Counted from the whole stretch's first letter, positions 7,623 through 16,847 are shown. The stretch is DNA of 63,837 bases, filler included, from Candidatus Rokuibacteriota bacterium (GCA_031406795.1; 7 parts of 7 records of this genome joined end to end with filler, not necessarily neighbours in it); one strand, 5' to 3'. Translations and numbers: made by a program. Notes: generated by a model not told the origin, from the sequence alone.

Positions 7623-7735
7623 CTAGCCGCCGATGAGGGTAATGTTGTTTCCCATGAGGAAGCAAAAAAGAGGCTGCTTGCCAATTGAAGCTCGAATGGA
7701 CCGAACCTGCGGTTCGAGACCCCTCGACATCTCGC
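7623..7735 (+). pseudogene. Remnant antitoxin C-terminus plus RelE/ParE toxin N-terminus
   Basis: ADEGNVVSHEEAKKRL* overlaps TTG-KLEWTEPAVRD. Confidence 0.55.
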
Positions 7736-7817
7736 GCCTGTACGAGATCCAGACAATATTCAGTGCATCTTGAAAAAAGTCATAGACAATTTTCGACTAC
7801 CATTGAATAATTCAGGC

Positions 7818-9038
7818 ATGATAACCCGAGACCTCCAGGGTGTCCTCACGGCCGACCTCGACCGCTACGACAAGATGTCGTTTGTCGCCGGCCCCCGCCA
7901 GACCGGCAAGACGACGCTCGCAAGGATGCTGATGGGGAAGCGCCAGGCCTCGCGCTACTGGAACTACGACATTCCGGAGGACCGCCTGCTGCTCACGCGC
8001 AAGCCATCGTTCTACAAGGAGGTCGATCGCCCCCGGGGTGTCAAGCCGCTGGTGGTTTTCGACGAACTGCACAAGTATCGATTGTGGAAATCCTACCTCA
8101 AGGGTGCCTTCGACGACGCGCACGCCGACTTCTCGTTCCTCGTCACCGGCAGCGGACGCCTCGACCTCTACCGCAAGGGAGGCGACAGCCTCGCCGGGCG
8201 CTATTTCCTTCACCGGCTCTTCCCCCTGACGATCGGCGAGCTTGCCACGACCCCGCGGCGTTCCCTCGAGGATTTCCTCGGCGGCCCCGATGAACTTCCG
8301 GCAGCCGGGGCCGCATCCCGCGATGCCTGGCGGGCCCTCGAGATCCTGAGCGGCTTCCCCGAGCCCTTCAACACCGGCGAAGAGTCTTTTTATCGCCGCT
8401 GGGCCCAGACCTACCGCAAGCAGGTGATCCTCGAAGACATCCGGGACCTGACCCACGTCCACCAGGTGAGCCGGATCGAAACCCTCGCCGTCCTGTTACG
8501 CGAGCGGGTTGGCGGACTGCTCTCCACGAACGCGCTGCGCGAGGACATGAAGACCGCCTTCGACACCGTCAAGAACTGGCTCGAGATCCTGCAGAACTTC
8601 TACCTCGTTTTTATGCTGACCCCATGGCACGGCTCCCTGGTGCGCAGCTTGCGCAAGGAGCCGAAGCTTTATTTCTATGACTGGGCAGCTGTCCCCGACC
8701 CGGCGGCGCGTTTCGAAAACCTCGTCGCGGTACACCTGCTCCGAGCCGTGACCGCCTGGACCGAGGCCGGCGCCGGCGAGTTCTCGCTGCACTTCGTTCG
8801 CGACCGCGAGAAAAGCGAGGTGGACTTCCTACTGGTCCGCGGCAAGAAACCGCTGGTCCTCGTCGAGGCCAAGCTGTCGGAGACCGAACCCGCCCCGGCG
8901 CTCATCAAGATGAAGAAGGCGCTCGGGATACCGGCGGTCCAGCTGGTGAACGTGCCGGGCATCTCCCGGAAGGCCGCCGGGAAAGGCGAGGGGATCCTGG
9001 TCGCCTCGGCGGATCGTTGGCTGGCGGGACTGCCATGA
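7818..9038 (+). CDS. AAA_14/DUF4143 ATPase
   Basis: GPRQTGKTT, FDELHK, TGS, KEPKLYFYD, EVDF...VEAK; TAGACA-N17-AATAAT just upstream. Confidence 0.9.
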   Translation: MITRDLQGVLTADLDRYDKMSFVAGPRQTGKTTLARMLMGKRQASRYWNYDIPEDRLLLTRKPSFYKEVDRPRGVKPLVVFDELHKYRLWKSYLKGAFDDAHADFSFLVTGSGRLDLYRKGGDSLAGRYFLHRLFPLTIGELATTPRRSLEDFLGGPDELPAAGAASRDAWRALEILSGFPEPFNTGEESFYRRWAQTYRKQVILEDIRDLTHVHQVSRIETLAVLLRERVGGLLSTNALREDMKTAFDTVKNWLEILQNFYLVFMLTPWHGSLVRSLRKEPKLYFYDWAAVPDPAARFENLVAVHLLRAVTAWTEAGAGEFSLHFVRDREKSEVDFLLVRGKKPLVLVEAKLSETEPAPALIKMKKALGIPAVQLVNVPGISRKAAGKGEGILVASADRWLAGLP

Positions 9039-9091
9039 ACGAGGCAATGATGGCTGGTACCTTGCAGAAGGAAACCGCCCTGGCGATCTTC

Positions 9092-9170
9092 GTGAGCAAC
9101 CGGGAATTCTTCTTCGAGACCGGGCGCCCCGAATACCTCTTCCCCGCCGCGGCCAAGCTCGGCGGCATCC
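9092..9170 (+). pseudogene. fcl: fcl internal fragment
   Basis: FFETGRPEYLFPAAAKLGGI. Confidence 0.75.
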
Positions 9171-9190
9171 GTTCCTGGAGGGGCTGAGCG

Positions 9191-9532
9191 ATGAAGATCG
9201 TTCGAGACCGGATTGATCTTGCAGAACTGAAAGACATGGCCGAACGGGGATTCGGGACTCTCGACAAGGCGGTGGTTGATATCGAAGCCGGCATCATGGC
9301 AATCGATGCCGAGCTTCACTCGGATCAGGAGGCGCTTCTGCTGGAAAACGGTTCGGCGCAGCGCGATCTGTGGGGAATCAACCTCTACCCGGACATCGCC
9401 GGCGAGGACTGGCTGGAATTCGACTCGATGATCAACCTGCGTCCAGGGTCCGGCAACAGGAGCCGGGGAGTCGATGACCCGGCCGTGCGAGAGAGGATCC
9501 GGGATATCGTGATGCGCCTGGTGCAGCGATGA
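9191..9532 (+). CDS. DUF5674-like protein
   Basis: KAVVDIE...ELHSDQE...GS.Q.DLWGINLYP...EFDSMINLRP..GNRSRGV. Confidence 0.75.
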   Translation: MKIVRDRIDLAELKDMAERGFGTLDKAVVDIEAGIMAIDAELHSDQEALLLENGSAQRDLWGINLYPDIAGEDWLEFDSMINLRPGSGNRSRGVDDPAVRERIRDIVMRLVQR

Positions 9533-9864
9533 CCGTCATGCACCGGGAGCTCGCCGCCGGCCGCTGGTTCGGCCTGCCGCTGGTCGAGCAGATGGCCAAC
9601 ATCGGCAGCGAGATCGAGCGGACGATTTCCTGGCGCGGCCGAAACGCGAAAAACAGCGCGGCGGCTTTCGAGCGGGGACTTGAGCTGCTCGACCTGACGA
9701 TCGCCGACCCCCGCCACCGCCGGCGCCTTCGGGAACTGGTGCGCGTGCGCGAAGCACTCGCCGATCACTTCGTTTTCGATAACAGCTTCGGTTCGACGGA
9801 CGAATCATGGCGCCGTTATTTCAACGCCTTCACCTATGCATCAGCCATCCGGAGGGGACGCTGA
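9529..9864 (+). CDS. Conserved hypothetical helical protein coupled to the DUF5674-like gene
   Basis: ATGA overlap; EQMANIGSEIER...FERGLELLDLT. Confidence 0.7.
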   Translation: MTVMHRELAAGRWFGLPLVEQMANIGSEIERTISWRGRNAKNSAAAFERGLELLDLTIADPRHRRRLRELVRVREALADHFVFDNSFGSTDESWRRYFNAFTYASAIRRGR

Positions 9865-9885
9865 TATTCATTGGCTCGAACCTGC

Positions 9886-9991
9886 CGGGAATTCTTCTTC
9901 GAGCCCGAGCGCCCCGATTCTTCTTCCCCGCCGCGGCCAAGCTCGGCGGCATCCACGCCAGCAACACCTGCCCGGCGGAGAGATCGTTCCC
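9886..9991 (+). pseudogene. fcl: fcl internal fragment (frameshifted)
   Basis: FFEPERP / FFPAAAKLGGIHASNTCPAE. Confidence 0.75.
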
Positions 9992-10046
9992 GTATGCCCA
10001 CTGAAGTCGACACGGTAATCTGCAAGCTCCAGACTGTCGTCCGCCC

Positions 10047-10685
10047 ATGATTGAATCAATGACAGCGGTCGGGCGCATCGGCTTCTTGTTCCTCTGCCTT
10101 CTCCTTCCGTTGAAGGATGCCGGCGCTGCGGGGGAGCCTGCGGGAACGTTCGCCGTCGTGGAGGGCGAAGTCGTTGTCGTCAAGCCCGGCTTCGACAACC
10201 GCGCGCGCGCCCGGACCGGTGACCCGGTCCTGGTCGGTGACATTCTAAGAACCGGGGGCAATGGCAAGACGAAGATCCTGCTGGCCGACGATTCCCTAGT
10301 CTTCATCCCCTCCCGGTCGGTTTTGCGGATCAACCAGTACGCATTCGATCCCGCGGAAAGCCGGCGGAGCGCGAGGATACAACTGCTGGAAGGGCGGGCA
10401 CGGTTCATCGTCGGCCGGCAGCGGTTCCGGAATTCCCTGTTCAGTGTGGAGACGGAGCACGCGGTTATCGGCGCCGGCCCCGCCGATTTTTCCCTTGCTG
10501 TGGCTGATGGGGAGTCGACCGTCGCGGTCATCGACGGCAGCGTCAGCGTGAAGAACATTTCCAACCTGATCATCGGGAGCATGAACGTTTCGACAAATCA
10601 GCAGTCAGTGATCGCCAGGAAGTCGCCACCCACCCAACCGGCGGTGATAACCTCAGGGCAAAGAAAGGAATACCGGAAGTTCTAG
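10047..10685 (+). CDS. Secreted FecR-domain protein
   Basis: Signal peptide; GD.LRTG, L.DDS, LLEG.ARF and V.V.DG.V.V pattern. Confidence 0.75.
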   Translation: MIESMTAVGRIGFLFLCLLLPLKDAGAAGEPAGTFAVVEGEVVVVKPGFDNRARARTGDPVLVGDILRTGGNGKTKILLADDSLVFIPSRSVLRINQYAFDPAESRRSARIQLLEGRARFIVGRQRFRNSLFSVETEHAVIGAGPADFSLAVADGESTVAVIDGSVSVKNISNLIIGSMNVSTNQQSVIARKSPPTQPAVITSGQRKEYRKF

Positions 10686-10790
10686 CAAACTTCATTCACC
10701 ATTTGTGACGCTTGCGCTACCGAAGCAATAGTGTTACTGTCGATATGGATTTTGTCCAGCCAATCAACAACCAAGGCAAGGAGTCGAGGC

Positions 10791-11414
10791 ATGAAGAAGA
10801 TGGTGAGTACCTTCTGTTTTCTCGGAGTTCTCGCTCTGACGCTTTTCGGCGTCCCCCAGAGCATCCAGGCAGCCGCGTTGACCGAGGCACAGCAGGCAAC
10901 GTTGACTGCGGCCCTCACTGAACGGAAACCCTACGCGGATATCATCAGCCAGGCCATGGCCGCGGGCATGGGTGCCGAAGAGGTCGTCCAATTCCTGTGT
11001 AATAACTGCAACAGCGCCCCGGCCTGCGTGTCCGATGTCGTGTACGCCGCGATCACGGGCGGGATGGATGCGGAGCAGGCGATGTCCGGAGCGCTGCTGG
11101 CCGGTGCGGACTTGCAGACAGTCGTCAACGCCGGAAAGTCGGCGGGCGCCAGCGGCGAAGCGATTTCCGCGGCCGCCCTCAAGAACGGCTTCACGGCGAT
11201 CCAGATCAGCAACGCCGTCTCGGGTATTCTGGGCACCGGGGCGACCAGGACGACCGGTGGCGGTCGTATCGGCGGGGGATCAGGCTTTGGTGGGTCGATC
11301 GGCGGACCGACCGGCGGCGGGTCGACCGGCGGCGGTACTGATGGTGGTATCGGCGGTGGGTCAGCCAGCGGCGGTGCCGGTGGCAGCGTGCCTGCGACCC
11401 CTTCTAAACCCTAA
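10791..11414 (+). CDS. Secreted protein with Gly-rich C-terminus
   Basis: RBS AAGGAG, signal peptide, CNNC..C, poly-Gly tail. Confidence 0.65.
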   Translation: MKKMVSTFCFLGVLALTLFGVPQSIQAAALTEAQQATLTAALTERKPYADIISQAMAAGMGAEEVVQFLCNNCNSAPACVSDVVYAAITGGMDAEQAMSGALLAGADLQTVVNAGKSAGASGEAISAAALKNGFTAIQISNAVSGILGTGATRTTGGGRIGGGSGFGGSIGGPTGGGSTGGGTDGGIGGGSASGGAGGSVPATPSKP

Positions 11415-12614
11415 ATGGAGACGAAATCTATGATCCGTTCCTCCCACAAGGGGCTCCTGCTGCTCCTCGCATCGGCGCTGCTGCTTCCCGGGGTCTCGCA
11501 AGCCCAGGAAGCGCCGCAGGATTCCCTTGCGCCCCTCCAGATCGGCCCGGTGATCGTCCATCCCTCCTTGTCCCTGAGAGAGACCTACAGCGACAACGTC
11601 TTTTTCACGGCGAAAGACACCAAGGGCGATCTCATTACCGCAATATCGCCCGGCGTGACGTTTCAACTGCCGTTTCGCACGCACATCCTGACTCTCGGGA
11701 CGAGCGCGGAATTCGTGATCTACGCGGACAACTCGAGCCTGAACGTCTCGCCCTTCCAGGTCTTCGGCCTCGGCGAGTTCAACATCGGGGACCGGGTCAA
11801 GCTCAAGGTGGGCGACACCTACCAGAGGAACGAGGAGTCGCCGCTGGAGTCGCCGAACGGCACTTCAGATGTGTACACCGCCAACGCCGCGGCGCTTTCG
11901 GTGAAGTATGCCTTCGTGGACATCGCCCAGGCGCAGCTGGATTACACGCGGACGTCGCTGGACTACCTCGACAGCAGCTACCGGACGCGTGAGGAGGACC
12001 TGGTGTCGGCCTACCTCTATTATCGCGTCATGCCCAACACCTCGGCCTTTCTCGAGTACGACTTCAAGAACGTGGCGTACGACACATCGGACACATTCGA
12101 CAACGTCGTGCACACCGGACAGGTCGGCGCGACCTGGGAGTTCACGGAATACTCGAAGGGCACGGCCAAAATCGGCTTCCTGGCCAAGGAGTACTCGGAC
12201 GATTCCCTGAAGGACTACACTACCGTGACGGCATCCGTCGACCTGCGGCACCAGCTCACGCCCGACGCGTCGGTGCGGCTGCTCGGGAAGCGGGACGTCA
12301 ACGAGGGCAAGTACGTCGACGCCCGGTACTACACCACGACCGGCTTGTTCGCCGATTTCACGTACCGCTTCCTGGAGCGGCTCTCCGGGGTGATCGAGGG
12401 CTCCTACGCGTTCGACGAGTACTCGAATGCCCGGGTCGGCTCGGTCATCGTCCGGGAGGACAAAACCGCCCACATCGGCCTCGGGGCGAAATACTCCTTC
12501 AACAGCTGGCTTGATTTCAGCCTCGGCTACGGTTATTCGAACCGCAACTCGAACATCGCGGATCTCGATGCCATCGTCAACACCGTCACCTTCAAGGTCA
12601 CGGCGGCTCTCTGA
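11415..12614 (+). CDS. EPS-associated outer-membrane beta-barrel protein
   Basis: Signal peptide, alternating aromatic beta-strands, YSDNVF and RNSN motifs; position before wza. Confidence 0.8.
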   Translation: METKSMIRSSHKGLLLLLASALLLPGVSQAQEAPQDSLAPLQIGPVIVHPSLSLRETYSDNVFFTAKDTKGDLITAISPGVTFQLPFRTHILTLGTSAEFVIYADNSSLNVSPFQVFGLGEFNIGDRVKLKVGDTYQRNEESPLESPNGTSDVYTANAAALSVKYAFVDIAQAQLDYTRTSLDYLDSSYRTREEDLVSAYLYYRVMPNTSAFLEYDFKNVAYDTSDTFDNVVHTGQVGATWEFTEYSKGTAKIGFLAKEYSDDSLKDYTTVTASVDLRHQLTPDASVRLLGKRDVNEGKYVDARYYTTTGLFADFTYRFLERLSGVIEGSYAFDEYSNARVGSVIVREDKTAHIGLGAKYSFNSWLDFSLGYGYSNRNSNIADLDAIVNTVTFKVTAAL

Positions 12615-12632
12615 TCCTGAGGGGTCTCCGAT

Positions 12633-12678
12633 AAGCCCCGGGGCGTGCAGCGTGCTACGCGCTCGCACCCCGGGGCTT
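12633..12678. repeat. Intergenic palindrome
   Basis: AAGCCCCGGGG ... CCCCGGGGCTT. Confidence 0.5.
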
Positions 12679-12716
12679 CATCCGTTGTCTCACGCAGGTA
12701 TGAGATCTTGACGAAG

Positions 12717-13535
12717 ATGCGCGCCTCTTTCATCAAACTCGCTCTGATTCCCATCGCGCTTTTTCTGCTCTCGAGCCTCGCCGCGAATTCCGCCTTCGGC
12801 CAGGAGTACAGCATCGGCGAGGGGGACCTGTTGCGGATCACCGTCTACGACAACCCCGACCTCACCACCGAGGCCCGGGTGAGCGGCGACGGCAAGATCA
12901 CGTTCCCGCTGATCGGCGACGTCCAGGTGAGCGGTCTGACCGCCACGGCGGCGCAGCTCAGGATCGCCGAAAGGCTCCGGGACGGCTTCGTCAGGAAACC
13001 GGAGATCTCGGTGTTCATCAAGGAGTACAAGTCGAAAAAGGTCACCGCGCTCGGCGAGTTCGTCAAACCCGGCCTGATCGAGTTGCGCGGCAACGCAACC
13101 CTGATGGAGGTGATCTCCGACGCCGGGGGAGTGACGGCCAACGCCGGCGACCTGATGATGATCAAGCGCAAAGTTCTCGCTGCCGGCGCGGCGCAGCCGG
13201 AGGATCAGACCATCACCATCCAGCTGGACACGCTGTTGGAAGGCCAGGACGCGGGCCAGAACATCATGGTCGTCGACGGCGACAGCATCTACATCCCCCG
13301 GGCGGCATTTGTCTACGTCAGCGGCGCCGTCAAGATCCCCGGGGTCTACAAGATGACCCGCGGGCTCACCGTCCTGAAGGCCATCACCCTGGCCGGCGGC
13401 TTCACGCAGAGAGCGGCGAAGAACAAGGTCAAAGTTATCCGCAAGTCCACTGACGGGGAGGAGACCCTCGCCGTCAGGATGGAGGATCTGATGTTGCCGG
13501 ACGACGTGATTACCGTGCCGGAGAGCCTCTTCTAG
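12717..13535 (+). CDS. wza: Polysaccharide export protein (Poly_export + SLBB)
   Basis: YSIGEGDLLRITVY...DGKITFPLIG; two SLBB repeats. Confidence 0.85.
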   Translation: MRASFIKLALIPIALFLLSSLAANSAFGQEYSIGEGDLLRITVYDNPDLTTEARVSGDGKITFPLIGDVQVSGLTATAAQLRIAERLRDGFVRKPEISVFIKEYKSKKVTALGEFVKPGLIELRGNATLMEVISDAGGVTANAGDLMMIKRKVLAAGAAQPEDQTITIQLDTLLEGQDAGQNIMVVDGDSIYIPRAAFVYVSGAVKIPGVYKMTRGLTVLKAITLAGGFTQRAAKNKVKVIRKSTDGEETLAVRMEDLMLPDDVITVPESLF

Positions 13536-13561
13536 GCGCCTGTGAAGAGGAGAGGCTCTGC

Positions 13562-15775
13562 ATGAACACCACCCTCGAGGACACCGAGATCCACCTGCTG
13601 GACTACTGGCGGATCATCAAGAGAAGAAAGCTGGTCGCCTTTGCATTTTTCGCCGTCGTCGTCGGCGCGTGCGCGGCGTATGCCTTCATGGCCACCCCGG
13701 TCTACCAGGGTGCGGCTCAACTGCTCGTCGACACCGAGAAGAACCAGACGCTCAACTTCGCCGAGGGCGGGGCCGTCGTCCAGCGGCGCGACCCGGCGGA
13801 ATTCTTCAACACCCAGAAGGAAATACTCGGCAGCCGGCTTTTCGCCGACCGCCTGGCGAGAAAACTGCAACTCGACCGGAACTCGTATTTCATCGAGCAG
13901 AAGGCCAAGGCGGCCGAAGCGGAGCAGGGCGGCCTTCAATCCGTGAAGAAGATGATCACCGACCAGCTTCCCGAGCGCGGGAAGGCGTTGAAGACGGACG
14001 CCGCCCGGAATATCACCGGGGAGTTGGACCCCGACCTCAACGACATCATCATCGAGAACCTCACCTCCGAAGTCCCGCCGCTCACCAACATCATGAGGAT
14101 CAAGTACACCGCAACTGATCCCGGTGTGGCCGCCGTCATGGCTAACGGTGCGGCCAATGCTCTCATCGAGTACAACCTCCAGCTGCGCGTCAAGCCCTTT
14201 CAGGATGCGGCCGAGTGGCTCTCCGCCCGCATCGTCGAATCCAAGGGCAAGGTCGAGGAATCGGAAAAGCTGCTCCAGAGGTACCGCGAAGGCAAAGGGG
14301 TGGTCTCTTTCGAGTCCAAGGAGAGCGTCATCACCCAGCAGCTCCAGGAGATCGTCACGCAACTCGTCCAGACCGAAGGGCGGAAGCAGGAGGCCGAGAT
14401 CCGGTACAACCAGCTCCTGTCGGTGATCAACTCGCCCGAACGCCTCGCCTCCGTGCCGGAGATCATGAACAACATCGTCATCCAGGGCCTGCGCAAGGAT
14501 GAGCTCGACATCAAGAGACAACTCTCCGAACTCTTCGAAAAGTTCGGGCCGAAGCATCCCCAGATCATCAGGCTGAACTCCCAGCTCGAGTCGGTGCAGC
14601 AGAACATCATCTCCGAAGCCCGCAAGATGCTGAACACGGCGAAGACGGAACTCGAGATCGCACGAAACCGCGAGGCCTCCCTGCGCCAGACCATGGCTTC
14701 TCAGACACAGGAGGTTCTCGATCTCTCGCGCAAGGCGATCGATTTCAACGTGATCGCCGGCGAATCGGCGAGCAACCGGCAATTCTACGACCTGCTGCTC
14801 AAGAAACTGCAGGAGGCCTCGCTCTCGAGCGGCATCAACGTCTCGAACCTTCAGGTCGTCGACTACGCGGTGCCGCCGAACAAGCCGCTGAAGCCGCGCC
14901 GGGGGCTCATCCTTGCGCTCGCGGTCTTTCTCGGGCTGTTCGGCGGCATCTTCGTCGCGTTCTTCGTCGAATACATGGACGACACGCTCAGGACCGAGGC
15001 CGACGTGACCAAGTTCCTGAAGCTGCCGTTTCTGGACATCGTCCCGCTGACCGCGGTGAAGGAGGGGAAGTTTTTCATAACCGCCGACCCGACCTCGGCG
15101 GCGGCCGAGTCCTTCCGGACGATCCGCACCGGCATTCAGCTCGCCTCGCTTGACACGCCCCCGCAGGTCATTCTCGTGACCAGCTCGGTCCCCGACGAGG
15201 GCAAGACCACCGTCTCCGCCAACCTGGCCGTGGCGATGGCGCAAAGCAATGAGCGCGTCCTGATCATCGACACCGACTTGCGCCGGCACAACCTGCACGA
15301 ATTGTTCGGCTTCGACTCCGATCCGGGGCTGACCAATGCGCTGCAGCAGCCGGAGTTGCTGGGCAGTGTCATCAAGAAGGTCGGCGGGCACCCCTCCCTC
15401 TACGTCCTGACAGGGGGCGTTCTGGCGCCGAACCCCTCGGAAATCCTTGGATCGAAGCGGATGAAGGACTTGATCGCTTTCGTACGGCAGCGCTTCGACC
15501 ACATCATTCTCGACGCCCCGCCGCTCCAGCTCTTTTCCGACAGCCTGGTCATGTCCCAGATCTCGGACGGCGTGATTCTGGTGGTCAGCGGCGGAAGCAC
15601 GCCGCGGCCGCTGGTTCGCAAGTCCGTCGAATCCCTGCAAACCGCCAAGGCCAATATCCTCGGCGTGGTGCTCAACAAGGTCGATATCACCAAGAACAGC
15701 GGTTATTACTATTATTCGAAGAACTACGCGCACTACTACTCCAGCAAGAAGGGCAGGAAGCGAAAAAAGAAATGA
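13562..15775 (+). CDS. wzc: Polysaccharide co-polymerase / BY-kinase (GumC/Wzc)
   Basis: Two TM helices, AESFRTIRT, DEGKTT, DTDLR, DAPP, Tyr-rich tail. Confidence 0.92.
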   Translation: MNTTLEDTEIHLLDYWRIIKRRKLVAFAFFAVVVGACAAYAFMATPVYQGAAQLLVDTEKNQTLNFAEGGAVVQRRDPAEFFNTQKEILGSRLFADRLARKLQLDRNSYFIEQKAKAAEAEQGGLQSVKKMITDQLPERGKALKTDAARNITGELDPDLNDIIIENLTSEVPPLTNIMRIKYTATDPGVAAVMANGAANALIEYNLQLRVKPFQDAAEWLSARIVESKGKVEESEKLLQRYREGKGVVSFESKESVITQQLQEIVTQLVQTEGRKQEAEIRYNQLLSVINSPERLASVPEIMNNIVIQGLRKDELDIKRQLSELFEKFGPKHPQIIRLNSQLESVQQNIISEARKMLNTAKTELEIARNREASLRQTMASQTQEVLDLSRKAIDFNVIAGESASNRQFYDLLLKKLQEASLSSGINVSNLQVVDYAVPPNKPLKPRRGLILALAVFLGLFGGIFVAFFVEYMDDTLRTEADVTKFLKLPFLDIVPLTAVKEGKFFITADPTSAAAESFRTIRTGIQLASLDTPPQVILVTSSVPDEGKTTVSANLAVAMAQSNERVLIIDTDLRRHNLHELFGFDSDPGLTNALQQPELLGSVIKKVGGHPSLYVLTGGVLAPNPSEILGSKRMKDLIAFVRQRFDHIILDAPPLQLFSDSLVMSQISDGVILVVSGGSTPRPLVRKSVESLQTAKANILGVVLNKVDITKNSGYYYYSKNYAHYYSSKKGRKRKKK

Positions 15776-15791
15776 TCGACCGGCACCGGCG

Positions 15792-16711
15792 GTGAGCGCG
15801 GGCCTGCTCTTCCTCCTCGTCTTCACGCCGCTGGCGTTCGGAACGGTCCAACCATGGTCGATCGCGATCATGGAAATCGTCGCCTTCGGGCTCTTCTTCC
15901 TGCACGTGGCGACAGCCGGCTTCTCCATTCCGGTAAGTCGCGCGGCGCGAGCCGTTCTCTTCCTCTTTCTTCTTCTGGTCGGTCTCGTCCTGCTGCAGAC
16001 GCTTCCCCTGCCGTCCGGGATCCTCGGCACGCTTTCCCCTGCCGCCCTCGAGATGTGGCAGACCTTCGGCAGCGCCGTGCCCGGTGCCTCGCTCACCGTC
16101 AGTCTCTACCCCGACGCCACGCGGCAGGAACTCCTCCGGCTGCTGGCGTACGCCGCGGTGTTCATCGTCGTTGCCCGGGGTTTCCGCACCCGTGCGCGGG
16201 TCATGTTCCTCGTCAAGATCATCCTCGCCATGGCGGGGTTCCTCACGGTCGTCGCCATTGCCCAGAAGCTGACCTGGAACGGCAGAATCCTCTGGGTCTT
16301 CCCGGTCGAGGAGTACCTGCGCCGCGACACCCGGATCTGGGGTCCCTATCTGAATCACAATCACTTCGCCTTTTACCTGGAGATGGCGTTGCCGCTGGCG
16401 CTCGGCCTGCTGATGTACGTCGCTCCGGACCTTCGGGCGACCAAGGGCCTTCCCTGGAGCAGAAGACTCGCGCGATTCATGGCGAGCGAGAGTCTTCTTC
16501 AGTCGACGGGTATCTTCCTGCTCGTGCTGCTGATCTCGGCGTGCCTCCTGGCAACACTCTCACGCGGCGCCATGGTTGCCAGTGCCGTTGCGGCACTCTT
16601 CTTTTCGTGGAACACCTGGCGCAGGAGATCGCTGCGCAAGAAGGGCATGCAGATCGCCTTGGCGGCAACGGCGATCGGCCTGCTGATCCTCCTGCCGTCC
16701 TGGGACCGCGT
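15792..16711 (+). CDS. O-antigen ligase/Wzy-like membrane protein, truncated by contig end
   Basis: PLAFG, GPYLNHNHFA.YLE, TLSRG; the true ATG may be 15772 with a 1-nt indel. Confidence 0.8.
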
Positions 16712-16811
16712 NNNNNNNNNNNNNNNNNNNNNNNNNNNNNNNNNNNNNNNNNNNNTTAATTAATTAANNNNNNNNNNNNNNNNNNNNNNNNNNNNNNNNN
16801 NNNNNNNNNNN
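16712..16811. other. Artificial contig spacer (others at 28363-28462, 33231-33330, 43984-44083, 49785-49884, 60372-60471)
   Basis: N runs flanking TTAATTAATTAA, which has stops in all frames. Confidence 0.98.
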
Positions 16812-16847
16812 CACTTCGACGAAGGTGAATCCCCGATCAGCGCCCAC
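16812..16847 (-). CDS. Prepilin-type protein N-terminus (truncated)
   Basis: GADRGFTFVEV prepilin cleavage motif. Confidence 0.6.

Noticed and set aside
9035-9090. Possible WbpP C-terminal (EAMxWY) remnant
   Set aside because: It needs an indel to read and the match is too short.
13532-16096. 854-aa minus-strand ORF and similar long antisense ORFs (47096-49330, 28649-30274, 39022-40881)
   Set aside because: Antisense shadows of GC-rich genes with no recognisable motifs.
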